DNA from: a virus | Lineage: Duplodnaviria > Heunggongvirae > Uroviricota > Caudoviricetes | Virus record (IMG/VR): IMGVR_UViG_2711768042_000002 | Span: 1-32,094 of that record | Length of the DNA stretch: 32,094 nucleotides | Direction: 5' to 3' (one strand) | Part shown: positions 18,917-28,011 of the stretch, in pieces | How positions within the stretch are numbered: position 1 is the stretch's first letter | Layout: each line of letters begins with the position of its first letter | Notes under the pieces: generated by a model | What the model saw: only the letters and a program-made list of their open reading frames with translations | Database searches by the model: none | What the model was told of the DNA's origin: nothing | Translations under genes and position numbers: made by a program

Positions 18917-19435
18917 CTAAATGGCTAATTGCATGTCAAGGCTTTTAACGGCAACATGCTTAACTTTCTCAACACGTTTACGCATTTTGAAAGCATTTTG
19001 CATTGGTTGGTACAAAACAAATAACGACGCTTTCAGGATGTCGTCAATTTCATTTCTACAGGTTGCCAGTGAAGGTTTTCTCCATCCCTCACCACCACGC
19101 CCACACATCTTGCGTGGCTTTGCAGTCGCGTGATAGTAGGATGCAATTGCTCGCTTAGATGAACCATGAGCGTAGTAGCTGAGGAGGATGCCAAAGGCTT
19201 TCTTGTCAATGTACATGACGGAATCGACGACCTGAGAAATCAACATTCCATCATCATCATTGCACATTGGCCTTGTCATAACTCTTCCCGGCTCTACGCT
19301 CTCCATGAACTTCGCTATTACGCTGCTCATGCGCTTTTCCAGACGACCTGAATAAACCCATGCGCCCCACAGTTCAAGCCAGCCATTCAGCCACTCGTGC
19401 TGTTCTTTGGTGAGGTTTAGTTCTCTTATGCCCAC
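18917..19435 (-). CDS. Q: Late antiterminator Q-like protein (non-lambda type)
   Basis: 172-aa ORF in Q position between nin region and lysis genes; WLELWGAWV motif reminiscent of 82/21-type Q; not lambda Q. Confidence 0.6.
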   Translation of the reverse strand: MGIRELNLTKEQHEWLNGWLELWGAWVYSGRLEKRMSSVIAKFMESVEPGRVMTRPMCNDDDGMLISQVVDSVMYIDKKAFGILLSYYAHGSSKRAIASYYHATAKPRKMCGRGGEGWRKPSLATCRNEIDDILKASLFVLYQPMQNAFKMRKRVEKVKHVAVKSLDMQLAI

Positions 19436-20097
19436 GCGCCTTCTCCCTGTACCTGAATCAATGTGAGGTTTCCGCAGAACACTGCGCCGGTATCGATATA
19501 CATTTGGTTGGCAAATTTAAGTGGTTTCACTGCTGGCGTATGACCAAAGATGAACGTGCCCGCGCCTTTGATTTCTTTCACGATCCCGTCTTGTGAGTTG
19601 CTGATTCGTTCGCGGTTCCAGATTACCTGCTGATGATCAACTGGCTTTCCAAATTCGTATTCGTCACAAGGATAATCGGCGTGGCAGATGACATATTTTT
19701 TACCTTTGCTCACCAGTTCGATGATTAACGGAAGTTCTTCTGCTTTATGGGCAAGAGCTTTAGCCAGAATTTCTTTGTCGTAATCGAGATTAAAGAACCA
19801 GCCACCGCCATTAAACAGCCAGTGATTGACGTTTCCACGCTCTGATAAGCCATCAATCATCATTTGCTCATGGTTTCCACGTACAGCTCTGAACCAGGGG
19901 AATGTGATTAATTCCAGGCATTCAACGTTCTCTGTACCGCGATCGACCAAATCGCCAACCGAGATAAGCAGGTCTTTTTTGGTGTCGAATCCTCTCGTCT
20001 CCAGTTTTTTCATCAGGTTCGTGTAGCATCCGTGCAGATCGCCAACTACCCAAATATTTCGGTATTTGCTGCCATCAATTCTTTCGTAATAGCGCAT
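19426..20097 (-). CDS. ninI: Ser/Thr protein phosphatase (lambda NinI / PPase-lambda)
   Basis: [29 protein letters not shown]...GDLVDRG...GNHE metallophosphatase motifs; near-identical to lambda phosphatase as recalled; start taken at internal ATG of track ORF. Confidence 0.9.
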   Translation of the reverse strand: MRYYERIDGSKYRNIWVVGDLHGCYTNLMKKLETRGFDTKKDLLISVGDLVDRGTENVECLELITFPWFRAVRGNHEQMMIDGLSERGNVNHWLFNGGGWFFNLDYDKEILAKALAHKAEELPLIIELVSKGKKYVICHADYPCDEYEFGKPVDHQQVIWNRERISNSQDGIVKEIKGAGTFIFGHTPAVKPLKFANQMYIDTGAVFCGNLTLIQVQGEGAWA

Positions 20098-20281
20098 CTC
20101 TTTCACTCCATCCGCGATGAACCATAAGAACGTCGTTGACGATGGCGTGCATTTTCCCGTCTTTATCATCAACGTATTTTCTTACCGTGCCGCGACTACA
20201 TTTCAGTCTGCGTGCCACTTCTGTCTGGTTTCCGTATGCTTCAACGAGCATGTCTGGAATGGTTTTTACTGAGAACGTCAT
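20075..20281 (-). CDS. ninH: NinH (Fis-like DNA-binding protein)
   Basis: [37 protein letters not shown]... matches lambda NinH. Confidence 0.85.
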   Translation of the reverse strand: MTFSVKTIPDMLVEAYGNQTEVARRLKCSRGTVRKYVDDKDGKMHAIVNDVLMVHRGWSERDALLRKN

Positions 20282-20673
20282 GCGGCCTCCAGTAGCTCTG
20301 TAATCATTGGCAAACTCCCGCATGTTTCAGTCACAACCAACACAAGCATTCCACCTTTAATCGCCTGATAGCGCTTGATGCGCATATCGTCTATCTGACC
20401 GTCATCCAGCCAGAAGCCCGCACTGGTGAGTGCGTCAAAAACGGCTTTGGGCAGATTGTCCAAATCTCGTTTGCGGTTATCGGGAGGTGCTGCGTGGATG
20501 GTTATTCTGATGCGAGGTGTGATTTTGATGTCTAGCTGTTGTTGCTGGATTAATTCGATTACTTCTTTTCGGTATCTCTTCCCCCAGTCGCTGATGTAGT
20601 GGATCCCTCTTGAGTGTCGCCAATATCGGTTGTTTGAAGGAGGCCACGGCAATTTTATTCGGTAGGTTTTCAT
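20278..20673 (-). CDS. rusA: RusA-family Holliday junction resolvase
   Basis: 131 aa, ...LPWPPSNNRYWRH...RDLDNLPKAVFDALTSAGFWLDDGQIDD..., RusA signature. Confidence 0.85.
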   Translation of the reverse strand: MKTYRIKLPWPPSNNRYWRHSRGIHYISDWGKRYRKEVIELIQQQQLDIKITPRIRITIHAAPPDNRKRDLDNLPKAVFDALTSAGFWLDDGQIDDMRIKRYQAIKGGMLVLVVTETCGSLPMITELLEAA

Positions 20674-20960
20674 GACTTAATCTTCCCCTCCTTCAGCAGT
20701 ATCGCCTGCGTCCTGATCACACCTTCGAGGTGGTAAAGTCTGGCGTCTTTGTTGTCGAGATTATGGGTGCGTCGGTCGATTTCATCGTGACACGCGCTAC
20801 AAGCCCATGCGCCGATCAGGTCGTCAGGTTTCATTCCCGTTCCGCAAATTCCAGCCATCCGGTAATGTGCCAGAACTGTAGTTTCAGGATTGCCATTGCA
20901 TACGCCGTAAATACGTACCTGACATTCTCTGCCGCGTGCTTCTTTGCGTAGATTGGCCAT
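20670..20960 (-). CDS. DUF1364 (YbcO-like) nin-region protein
   Basis: 96 aa, MANLRKEARGRECQVRIYGVCNGNPETTVLAHYRM...ACSACHDEIDRR, resembles E. coli DLP12 YbcO as recalled. Confidence 0.7.
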   Translation of the reverse strand: MANLRKEARGRECQVRIYGVCNGNPETTVLAHYRMAGICGTGMKPDDLIGAWACSACHDEIDRRTHNLDNKDARLYHLEGVIRTQAILLKEGKIKS

Positions 20961-21682
20961 TAAGCAGCCTCCCCTGTTACTTTCAGCATTCCGTTATCGA
21001 GCAGCTTTCTGGTCAGCCACTGTTGACCACGCCCGGTGATTTTTGTGGTGAACGATATCTGCATTCCGTGATTTGTGTTGACCGCTGTTTCTTTCACTGT
21101 GAAATAGCCGCGCTCCATATATTCCTGCATTGGCACATTGCGCCGGGAACCTGAAGCAATAAGGATTTTGTGATCGCGCATCCACGCAAACAGTTTGTTT
21201 GGACCAATTCCAACAACCTTTGCAAAGTTTCCAATCAAAATTCCACTGGCCTCGCCAACGCGATCGGCAAACTCAACTTTAGGTGCGGCAATTGCGAGCT
21301 GGTTTTCCAGTTGCATTTTCTGCTCAGCAAGGTCAGCAGCAAGGCGCAACGCTTCTGGTAGCGTTTTTGGGATATTAACCGCAGTTTCTTCAAGCTCTCG
21401 CCAACGGTCAACAAGACGAGCGGTGAATTCCGGCGACAACTGGGCAACAACGACAATACTGTCTCGCTTACCTTGTTCGCCTTCGAAGACGTAATGCTCG
21501 TACTGAACATTGAACCCTAAGTTATTGATTCTTTCGAAAACCTCAATTTGAGGAAGCCGGATAACACCATTTTTAGCCAGCGTTTCGATGGTACGCTTCA
21601 CATTGTCATGACGCTTACCAACCAACTCAGCGATTTCAATGCTTGTCATTTTGATGGCATTGCCATTTATTAACTCATTCAT
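20960..21682 (-). CDS. Rha-family regulatory protein with KilA-C/antirepressor-like C-terminal domain
   Basis: 240 aa; N-terminus [35 protein letters not shown] typical of phage Rha; C-terminal half antirepressor-like. Confidence 0.65.
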   Translation of the reverse strand: MNELINGNAIKMTSIEIAELVGKRHDNVKRTIETLAKNGVIRLPQIEVFERINNLGFNVQYEHYVFEGEQGKRDSIVVVAQLSPEFTARLVDRWRELEETAVNIPKTLPEALRLAADLAEQKMQLENQLAIAAPKVEFADRVGEASGILIGNFAKVVGIGPNKLFAWMRDHKILIASGSRRNVPMQEYMERGYFTVKETAVNTNHGMQISFTTKITGRGQQWLTRKLLDNGMLKVTGEAA

Positions 21683-21860
21683 CGTCTTCTTCCTCGTACA
21701 TTGAACTATTCGGATCGCTCATCAGTTCTGCGCAGCAATCGGAGCACACGTGAACTTCCAGCACATGCAGCTTCTGACCGCAGTTAGCGCACGTTAAAGC
21801 TCGCTCGACGCTTTCTTGTTCGTAACTTCGATTTGGGTCAATCACCTTGTTTCCTCGCAC
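21675..21860 (-). CDS. ninF: NinF
   Basis: ...[46 protein letters not shown] matches lambda NinF; true start may be the internal GTG 15 nt downstream. Confidence 0.8.
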   Translation of the reverse strand: MRGNKVIDPNRSYEQESVERALTCANCGQKLHVLEVHVCSDCCAELMSDPNSSMYEEEDDE

Positions 21861-22023
21861 GATGTCTTAGCCACCGGATATCCCACAGGTGAGCCGTGTA
21901 GTTGAAAGTTTTTACGTCAGATTCTTTGGGGATTGGCTTGCGTTTATTTCTGGAGCGTTTCGTTGGAAGGTATTTGCAGTTTTCGCAGATGATGTCGGTG
22001 ATACTTCGTCGCTGTCGTCTCAT
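21838..22023 (-). CDS. ninE: NinE
   Basis: [53 protein letters not shown] matches lambda NinE; start at internal ATG of track ORF. Confidence 0.8.
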   Translation of the reverse strand: MRRQRRSITDIICENCKYLPTKRSRNKRKPIPKESDVKTFNYTAHLWDIRWLRHRARKQGD

Positions 22024-22460
22024 GCCGCCCTGTCTCCCCATCTCGCTTTCCATTCCATAGCCAGTCTCGCTTCGTCTGACCACTTAACTCCACGCTCTGT
22101 ACCGAATGCCTGTATAAGCTCTAATAGCTCCGCAAATTCGCTTACACGCATCCTGCTGGTTGACTGGCCTATTACCACAAAGCCATTCCCGGCAAGGTTA
22201 GGAACAACGTCCTGCTGCTTTAATGCTGCGGTAAACACACACTTCCAGCTTTCTGCATCCAGCCAGCGACCATGCCATTCAACCTGACGAGAGACGTCAC
22301 CAAGGCAAGCCCAAAGCTTTCGATTCTGGTCTAAGCTGCGGTTGCGTTCCTGAATGGTTACTACGATTGGTTTGGTTGGGTCTGGAAGAATTTGCTGTAC
22401 CGCGTGAATAGCGTTTTGCTGATGTGCTGGAGATCGAATTTCAAAGGTTAGTTTTTTCAT
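22020..22460 (-). CDS. ninB: NinB (Orf family recombination mediator)
   Basis: [56 protein letters not shown]... near-identical to lambda NinB as recalled; GGAGAGGGAAG RBS. Confidence 0.9.
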   Translation of the reverse strand: MKKLTFEIRSPAHQQNAIHAVQQILPDPTKPIVVTIQERNRSLDQNRKLWACLGDVSRQVEWHGRWLDAESWKCVFTAALKQQDVVPNLAGNGFVVIGQSTSRMRVSEFAELLELIQAFGTERGVKWSDEARLAMEWKARWGDRAA

Positions 22461-22474
22461 GACTTCCCTCTCCC

Positions 22475-22508
22475 CCAAATAAAAAGGCCTGCGATTACCA
22501 GCAGGCCT
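22475..22508 (-). terminator. tR2-like Rho-independent terminator between replication genes and ninB
   Basis: Minus strand AGGCCUGC-loop-GCAGGCCU then UUUUAUUUGGGGG; same arrangement as lambda tR2 upstream of ninB as recalled. Confidence 0.7.
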
Positions 22509-22537
22509 GTTATTAGCTCAGTGATGTAGATGGTCAT

Positions 22538-24418
22538 TTAATACTCCGTCACGTTTTCCTGTCGCCACGCCTCGTCATATTCCGATTTCGGCATATTGGC
22601 GATGTAGCTATATGGCGATCCTGATTCAAGTTGCAGGAACTGGTGCGATTGCTCGTCAAGGAACAACGGGACACCACCTTCCCAACCTTCGCCGTTACGT
22701 TGTTTTTCAAGCATCAAAACAGATGCCGGAGATGCCAGTAGCTGTTCGTCCTTCTCTGACATCTTTTCACCACTCTGAACTCTTTGTAACGCTCTCTCGC
22801 GAGCCTTGTTACGCCAGATGATGAAAAGGTTGTCTGTCAGGTCTGTTATCGCTCCAGAGCCTTTTACGTCCATTTTCCCGGTTGGTTTTTCTTCGCTGTC
22901 TCCTTTTCTGGAGTGAGTAACGAGAATGACGTGGGAGTTTGTTTTGTTTTTGAAGTCACAAATCGAGTCAACAAACGCCTTCTGCCCGTTATAGTCATCG
23001 TCGCCTATGCCACATTTCATCAGGCTGTCGATGATGAATAACTGGATCCCGTATCGGCGGCGAGCGTAGTCGAATATTTCGATCAGCCTGTCGGCTTTCG
23101 CCGTTCCGGTCAGACCAAACACCCAAAGTCTTTCGTCATAAAATTTAAATGCAGAGTCAATTTCCAGCACTGGCGGCATCTTGCAGCACGTCGCCTGACG
23201 GGTAAGGCGCTTAAGGAGAATACCAGGCTTCAGCTCAAGTGACGCGATGCACGTCTTCACACCCTGACGCATTGCCTCAAGTGCCATATGCCCGACAACC
23301 TCCGTTTTTCCGTGACCGTTCACACCATTGACCAGCGTCAACTCGGCCTCACGGAACTGGAATTTATCTGCCAGAGATTCCCACGGTGGATTAAACAGAT
23401 ACTGCTGCTTGCCGTAGAAAGCGTTGATAGTGTCCTGGTAAAACTCTCGCGCGCTGTAGAGTTCTTCAGGATCGAAGTAGGATGCCGTGCCGATGTACTG
23501 CCAGATTTCATCCTCGGTAACACCGTTCATCAGGCATTCGTTGATGTCTTTGTACGGCAGAGTAACAAGACGGCAACGATGTTCACCGAGTCGGCTTGCG
23601 ATTTCCCTTGCGGCTTCACGACCAACATCATCAACGTCCATCGAGATGAATATTTCCTCAAACCTGTCGAGGTTGTGATACTCAAACTCAATCCACTGTT
23701 GCTTAGCTCCTTTCCCGCCACCAAACGGCACGGATAACGCCGAGATGCCGTATTGCGCATAGCTCATACAATCAATTTCGCCTTCGCAAAGTACAACCGC
23801 CCTCACGCCAGCGTCCAGAGCCTGCCATCCGAACAGACAAGGTTCGCAATCACCTTCTGCCATAATGACTTTCTTCCCGTCCGGGCGCTCAGTGCTGATT
23901 CGCTTGACCTGCAACAACTCACCATCGCGTTTGTACGGAAGCACCAGAGCATCCAGTTCTCGCTCTCCATTCCACACCTTGCCGCTGACAACCTCGTAGC
24001 GCTTTACGACTTCTGGCGATATGCCACGCGATTGCAGGTACTCAAGATGGGATTCTGTTCTGGTAACGTAGCGGGCGATTTTCTTGCGATCAGGTCTGGA
24101 GAATTTCTTCTCACGTTTGGCATCGAAATGGTGATCGCCATCCTTGATACCGAGAAATGCTTTCGCTTCCTGCATAGCCTGATGCAGGTTAATTCCACGA
24201 CATGCCATCCACAAATCAAGCATGTCACCGCCGTCTCCCTCAGCGAAATCAGCCCATTTTTTCTTGCCGCTAAGGTTGACCTTAAGGCTGTTTCCCTTGT
24301 CACCGTTGACGTTACCGGCAACCCACTCATGCCCCTCTTTCTTGCCGTTTGGCAACAGGTGCGGAGCCACCCTGTCAACCTGCGCCCAAAGCAGGTCGCT
24401 AAGTTCACTTGGCGTCAT
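22538..24418 (-). CDS. Bifunctional DNA primase/helicase (Toprim-like N-terminal half, RecA/DnaB-like ATPase C-terminal half)
   Basis: 626 aa; Walker A-like VNGVNGHGKTE and downstream acidic Walker B-like FIIDSL; located directly downstream of the O-like initiator in place of lambda P. Confidence 0.75.
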   Translation of the reverse strand: MTPSELSDLLWAQVDRVAPHLLPNGKKEGHEWVAGNVNGDKGNSLKVNLSGKKKWADFAEGDGGDMLDLWMACRGINLHQAMQEAKAFLGIKDGDHHFDAKREKKFSRPDRKKIARYVTRTESHLEYLQSRGISPEVVKRYEVVSGKVWNGERELDALVLPYKRDGELLQVKRISTERPDGKKVIMAEGDCEPCLFGWQALDAGVRAVVLCEGEIDCMSYAQYGISALSVPFGGGKGAKQQWIEFEYHNLDRFEEIFISMDVDDVGREAAREIASRLGEHRCRLVTLPYKDINECLMNGVTEDEIWQYIGTASYFDPEELYSAREFYQDTINAFYGKQQYLFNPPWESLADKFQFREAELTLVNGVNGHGKTEVVGHMALEAMRQGVKTCIASLELKPGILLKRLTRQATCCKMPPVLEIDSAFKFYDERLWVFGLTGTAKADRLIEIFDYARRRYGIQLFIIDSLMKCGIGDDDYNGQKAFVDSICDFKNKTNSHVILVTHSRKGDSEEKPTGKMDVKGSGAITDLTDNLFIIWRNKARERALQRVQSGEKMSEKDEQLLASPASVLMLEKQRNGEGWEGGVPLFLDEQSHQFLQLESGSPYSYIANMPKSEYDEAWRQENVTEY

Positions 24419-24525
24419 GATTCCCTCAGATTGAGATTTTTAAACCAGAAATCGACAAACGAAATACTTAACCAGCCGTGGTTATAACCAGCGACCAGTA
24501 GCGATTTTATTTTTGATTTCATGGT

Positions 24526-25386
24526 TCACCTGTCGAAAAACACGTAGCCAGTTTTCGATACGGTGATTGCGGATGATGGTTTGGATTGTGGTTGAATAGT
24601 TTCTGGCTTCTCGTCGTTCCAGCGCTGACCGTTCAGGTAGCTCGATGGTAACAACCTGTCGAATCCGAACTGCTTACCATTCCTGCATGCGATGTCTTCT
24701 GCCAGCATCGTGGCAAACTCGCTTGCGGTACCCTTGGTAGTTTTACGCCATTCCCTGAACTGTGTTCTGAATGCCGAAGCTGCGTTTTTCTTCCCGGCTT
24801 TCCGCATGCCTGCACACCAGAATATTTCCTCGAATGCCTTGTCGGTTTCTTCGTGACGGTCAGGTGATTTTTCACACTCCGTCCGAACACTTTCGGACAT
24901 AGTGTTTTTATTATTTCTTTTTTCTTTTGTAATAGTTTCTTTTGTGTGTCCCTGTTTTGGTGACAGCGCTGTCACCGTTTTGGTGACACTTTTTGTCACC
25001 AATGCAGTGACATTATCACCAGAGTAGTGACACCCTTCGATTTGCCATTCCTCGATGTTCTTGTTAGGCCCGATTTGCTGGCCTTCGCGAAGGATGACCT
25101 TCATCGCGATAAGCTCATTCTTGGCCTTGTTTACCTTCTGTCTTGGCAGCCTGGTAATTTGAGCTAACTGACTATCAGAGATGCGATCCATCTTTTTACC
25201 GTAGCCGTATGTTTTACGGCATATGGCGTGGGCAACCTTGCTCTGATTTTTAGTTAAATCTGCGCCGATAAGCTCTTCATACAGGGCATTTGCAAGACGG
25301 GTATAACCATCTTCAACTTCTGCCACACGACGCTCCACAGGCCGTTGTGAAGGCCTTAAATGTGTTACGGTTGCAAGATTACTCAT
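24526..25386 (-). CDS. O: Replication initiator, lambda O-like N-terminal domain
   Basis: N-terminal ~110 aa (…[56 protein letters not shown]...GPNKNIEEW) parallels lambda O iteron-binding domain; C-terminal half different. Confidence 0.8.
   Translation of the reverse strand: MSNLATVTHLRPSQRPVERRVAEVEDGYTRLANALYEELIGADLTKNQSKVAHAICRKTYGYGKKMDRISDSQLAQITRLPRQKVNKAKNELIAMKVILREGQQIGPNKNIEEWQIEGCHYSGDNVTALVTKSVTKTVTALSPKQGHTKETITKEKRNNKNTMSESVRTECEKSPDRHEETDKAFEEIFWCAGMRKAGKKNAASAFRTQFREWRKTTKGTASEFATMLAEDIACRNGKQFGFDRLLPSSYLNGQRWNDEKPETIQPQSKPSSAITVSKTGYVFFDR
24905..25035. repeat. Origin-like iterons inside the O gene (GGTGACA/TGTCACC repeats) preceded by an AT-rich tract
   Basis: TTTTGGTGACAGCGCTGTCACCGTTTTGGTGACACTTTTTGTCACCAATGCAGTGACATTATCACC... 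read directly; AT-rich run at ~24905-24950. Confidence 0.6.
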
Positions 25387-25525
25387 GACCTTTCTCCTTC
25401 TGCATCAGCTTCACTTTTTCCAACTCAGCCCGGAATCGACCAGGCTGCTTGAAGCTGGACAGGAAGCGATCACGTAGTATGTGTTTGTGAATTTTGTCCT
25501 GGTAAGGACTGAGTTGTTTTGTCAT
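25379..25525 (-). CDS. Small 48-aa ORF between cII and O (not in ORF track)
   Basis: ATG with AGGAG RBS; [48 protein letters not shown]; stop overlaps O start; same position as a small ORF in P22 as I recall. Confidence 0.5.
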   Translation of the reverse strand: MTKQLSPYQDKIHKHILRDRFLSSFKQPGRFRAELEKVKLMQKEKGHE

Positions 25526-25557
25526 AATGACTCCTGTGGATTGATCCAGTAATGACC

Positions 25558-25851
25558 TCAGAATTCCATCTGGATTTGTTCAGAACGCTCGGTTGCCGCC
25601 GGGCGTTTTTTATTGGTGAGAATCGAAGCAACTTGTCGTGCCAATCGAGCCATGTCGTCGTCGACGACACCCCATTCAAGAACAGCAAGCAGCATTGAGA
25701 ACTTTGGAATCCAGTCCCTCTTCCACCTGCTGATCTGCGACTTATCAACTCCCACAGCTTCCGCTGTCTTCTCAGTTCCAAGCATTGCGATTTTGTTAAG
25801 CAACGCACTCTCGATTCGTAGAGCCTCGTTGCGTTTGTTTGCACGAACCAT
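25558..25851 (-). CDS. cII: CII transcriptional activator (lambda-type)
   Basis: [62 protein letters not shown]... matches lambda CII as recalled; start at internal ATG of track ORF 25558..25911. Confidence 0.9.
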   Translation of the reverse strand: MVRANKRNEALRIESALLNKIAMLGTEKTAEAVGVDKSQISRWKRDWIPKFSMLLAVLEWGVVDDDMARLARQVASILTNKKRPAATERSEQIQMEF

Positions 25852-25930
25852 ATGTAAGTATTTCCTTAGATAACAATTGATTGAATGTATGCAAATAAAT
25901 GCATACACCATAGGTGTGGTTTAATTTGAT

Positions 25931-25961
25931 GCCCTTTTTCAGGGCTGGAATGTGTAAGAGC
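25931..25961 (-). promoter_or_regulatory. nutR (boxA CGCTCTTACA, boxB GCCCTGAAAAAGGGC)
   Basis: Both boxes read on minus strand between cro and cII; lambda-like sequences. Confidence 0.7.
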
Positions 25962-25970
25962 GTTGATAAC

Positions 25971-26201
25971 TTAAGCAGCCATTAATTCAGGCCAGATGCT
26001 TTCCCAATCAACCGGATGAAGGTCTTTGCGAGTCACTTCACCATTGCTGAACTTCTCAATCAGAACACAAAGTGCTGCGCCCAATTCATGATTACGGCTA
26101 AGTGCTTTCCTCAAATAGCCGATAGAAGTTCCGCACTTGGTGGCAAATTCTCTCTGCTCTTCCAGTGAAAGGGAGTTCAGATACAAGCGGAGTTCTTCCA
26201 T
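25971..26201 (-). CDS. cro: Cro-like HTH repressor (positional cro)
   Basis: 76-aa ORF divergent from cI across the operator region; HTH-like segment EFATKCGTSIGYLRKAL; not lambda Cro sequence. Confidence 0.55.
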   Translation of the reverse strand: MEELRLYLNSLSLEEQREFATKCGTSIGYLRKALSRNHELGAALCVLIEKFSNGEVTRKDLHPVDWESIWPELMAA

Positions 26202-26224
26202 TTGTTATCTCCTTCCCGTTGTTG

Positions 26225-26295
26225 AATAAGGTAAGTTTACCTGCAGGTAAAAAACAAATCAATACCCACAGGTTATTTACCGATAGGTAATCAAA
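26225..26295. promoter_or_regulatory. OR operator/promoter region (pR/pRM) with TACCTGCAGGTA-type palindromes
   Basis: TTTACCTGCAGGTAAA at ~26236-26251 and TTTACCGATAGGTAA at ~26276-26290 between divergent cro and cI; cI ATG has no SD (leaderless-like). Confidence 0.6.
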
Positions 26296-26309
26296 GATAG
26301 AATTAAATC

Positions 26310-26996
26310 ATGGATAAATACGAACAAAGACGACTAAGGCTGATAGAGATAAGAGACCGATTCTGTAATGGAAAGGCCTCAGAGTTGGCTCGTCGAATAG
26401 AAAGGGAACCATCATACGTTTCCAGAATGCTGTATCCGGAAGGAAAAAGCGGAAAAAAACGCATTGCTGACGATATGATGGAACTAATTGAAAAATCTTT
26501 TAATCTCCCACGCGGATGGATGGACATGCTTGCAGATAGCAAAGTTGGATCTGCAGACCATCTTGAGTTTGCGGGTAACGTTCGTGCGGGTTTTGTTCCG
26601 GTAATTGGTGAAGCCGTTTTGGGAGTTGATGGCTCAGTGGATATGATTGAATTCAGATCCGGTTGGTTAAGCATCTACAGTGGCGATAAAGATGCTTACG
26701 GTCTGAAGGTTAAGGGTGACAGCATGTGGCCAAGGATTCAGTCAGGAGAATATGTTGTTATTGAACCAAATACGCCAGTACATCCAGGTGATGAAGTCTT
26801 TGTAAGGACCAAAGATGGTCATAACATGATAAAGATCATGAACAAAACAAGAGACGGAGACTATCAGTTTAGTAGTATAAACAGCGATCACCGTCCAATC
26901 ACTCTTCCTGTTGAAGAAGTTGATAAAATGCATTTTGTTTCAGCTATTGTGAAACACACTAGGTACGTAGACCAGGACGATCTGCCAAAATTTTGA
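26310..26996 (+). CDS. cI: CI-like prophage repressor with S24 (LexA-like) autopeptidase domain
   Basis: 228 aa; N-terminal HTH region; C-terminal LKVKGDSMWPRI ... K motif typical of S24 peptidase domain. Confidence 0.85.
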   Translation: MDKYEQRRLRLIEIRDRFCNGKASELARRIEREPSYVSRMLYPEGKSGKKRIADDMMELIEKSFNLPRGWMDMLADSKVGSADHLEFAGNVRAGFVPVIGEAVLGVDGSVDMIEFRSGWLSIYSGDKDAYGLKVKGDSMWPRIQSGEYVVIEPNTPVHPGDEVFVRTKDGHNMIKIMNKTRDGDYQFSSINSDHRPITLPVEEVDKMHFVSAIVKHTRYVDQDDLPKF

Positions 26997-27010
26997 GGAT
27001 AAAGCAGCAA

Positions 27011-27307
27011 ATGTTTATACCAGGTATAGTGGTCGCTGTTGTAATCATCTGCTTCATATGGGCAAAGTTATCTCCTGTAAGCTCTAAGCATACAGCTGAA
27101 CTCATGAAGAAGAAGCATCTTATACATGAGGCAGAAACGATAATTAAGAAGTTCAAAGGCATGTCATATGACGACATGTCATCAGATCAGATTGCTATGT
27201 ATAAATGCGCCATTGAGCGTCTTGACTACTTAAACGGACTCAAACCCAAACACACCCCGGTAGAATCAAAATTGCCGCAATGGCCAAGCAATCCAAATAG
27301 CTTCTGA
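27011..27307 (+). CDS. Hypothetical membrane-anchored protein co-oriented immediately downstream of cI (rex position)
   Basis: ATG ~12 nt after GAGG; MFIPGIVVAVVIICFIWAKLS... single N-terminal TM helix then charged soluble domain; followed by strong terminator; AT-rich. Confidence 0.55.
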   Translation: MFIPGIVVAVVIICFIWAKLSPVSSKHTAELMKKKHLIHEAETIIKKFKGMSYDDMSSDQIAMYKCAIERLDYLNGLKPKHTPVESKLPQWPSNPNSF

Positions 27308-27318
27308 CATCTCCTTTC

Positions 27319-27342
27319 AGCCCGCAAAGCGGGCTTTTTTAT
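27319..27342 (+). terminator. Rho-independent terminator ending the cI operon
   Basis: AGCCCGC-AAA-GCGGGCT followed by TTTTTT. Confidence 0.75.
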
Positions 27343-27354
27343 ATCAATCCAAAA

Positions 27355-27445
27355 AATTAATTACCTGAAAATTCAAACAGGTAAACTCTCACACCAATTT
27401 TATTTACCTGCAGGTATAGACAACAGTTTTACCTGTAGGTATATT
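27355..27445. promoter_or_regulatory. OL operator / pL promoter region
   Basis: TTTACCTGCAGGTATA (~27403-27418), TTTTACCTGTAGGTATA (~27427-27443) and split TTACCTG...CAGGTAA; candidate -35 TAGACA / -10 TATATT overlapping operators. Confidence 0.55.
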
Positions 27446-27485
27446 TTAAGCCATCAGCAGGACGCACTAACCACCATGAAGGTGA

Positions 27486-27516
27486 TGCTCTTAAAAATTA
27501 AGCCCTGAAGAAGGGC
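27486..27516 (+). promoter_or_regulatory. nutL (boxA-like GCTCTTAA, boxB GCCCTGAAGAAGGGC)
   Basis: Read directly upstream of N; boxB identical to lambda nutL boxB as recalled. Confidence 0.75.
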
Positions 27517-27673
27517 AGCATTCAAAGCAGAAGGCTTTGGTGTGTGTGATACGAAACGAAGCATTGGCCGGAAGTGCGAATCCGGATTAGCTGCCAATGT
27601 GCCATTGCGGGGTGTTTTCGTTCAGGACTACGACTCCCACACACAACCAAAGCTAACTGACAGGAGAATCCAG

Positions 27674-28000
27674 ATGGATGCACAAACACGCCGCCGCGAA
27701 CGTCGCGCAGAGAAACAGGCTCAATGGAAAGCAGCAAATCCCCTGTTGGTTGGGGTAAGCGCAAAACCAGTTAACCGCCCTATTCTCTCGCTGAATCGCA
27801 AACCGAAATCACGAGTAGAAAGCGCACTGAATCCGATAGACCTTACGGTGCTGGCTGAATACCACGAACAGATTGAAAGCAACCTGCAACGTATTGAGCG
27901 CAAGAATCAGCGCACATGGTACAGCAAGCCACGCAGTGAAATGGGTGTGACTTGTGTTGGTCGCCAGAAAATGAAATTAGGCAGCAAACCACTTATTTGA
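27674..28000 (+). CDS. N: Antitermination protein N (lambda-type)
   Basis: MDAQTRRRERRAEKQAQWKAANPLLVGVSAKPVNRPILSLNRKPKSRVESALNPIDLTVLAEYH... matches lambda N arginine-rich motif and body; start at internal ATG of track ORF 27542..28000. Confidence 0.9.
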   Translation: MDAQTRRRERRAEKQAQWKAANPLLVGVSAKPVNRPILSLNRKPKSRVESALNPIDLTVLAEYHEQIESNLQRIERKNQRTWYSKPRSEMGVTCVGRQKMKLGSKPLI

Positions 28001-28011
28001 GAGGAATTAAT

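Noticed and set aside
23753-24487. Plus-strand 244-aa ORF
   Set aside because: Antisense to the primase-helicase gene; no independent support.
25470-25844. Minus-strand 124-aa track ORF overlapping cII
   Set aside because: Alternative frame of the cII gene; cII and the 48-aa ORF account for the region.
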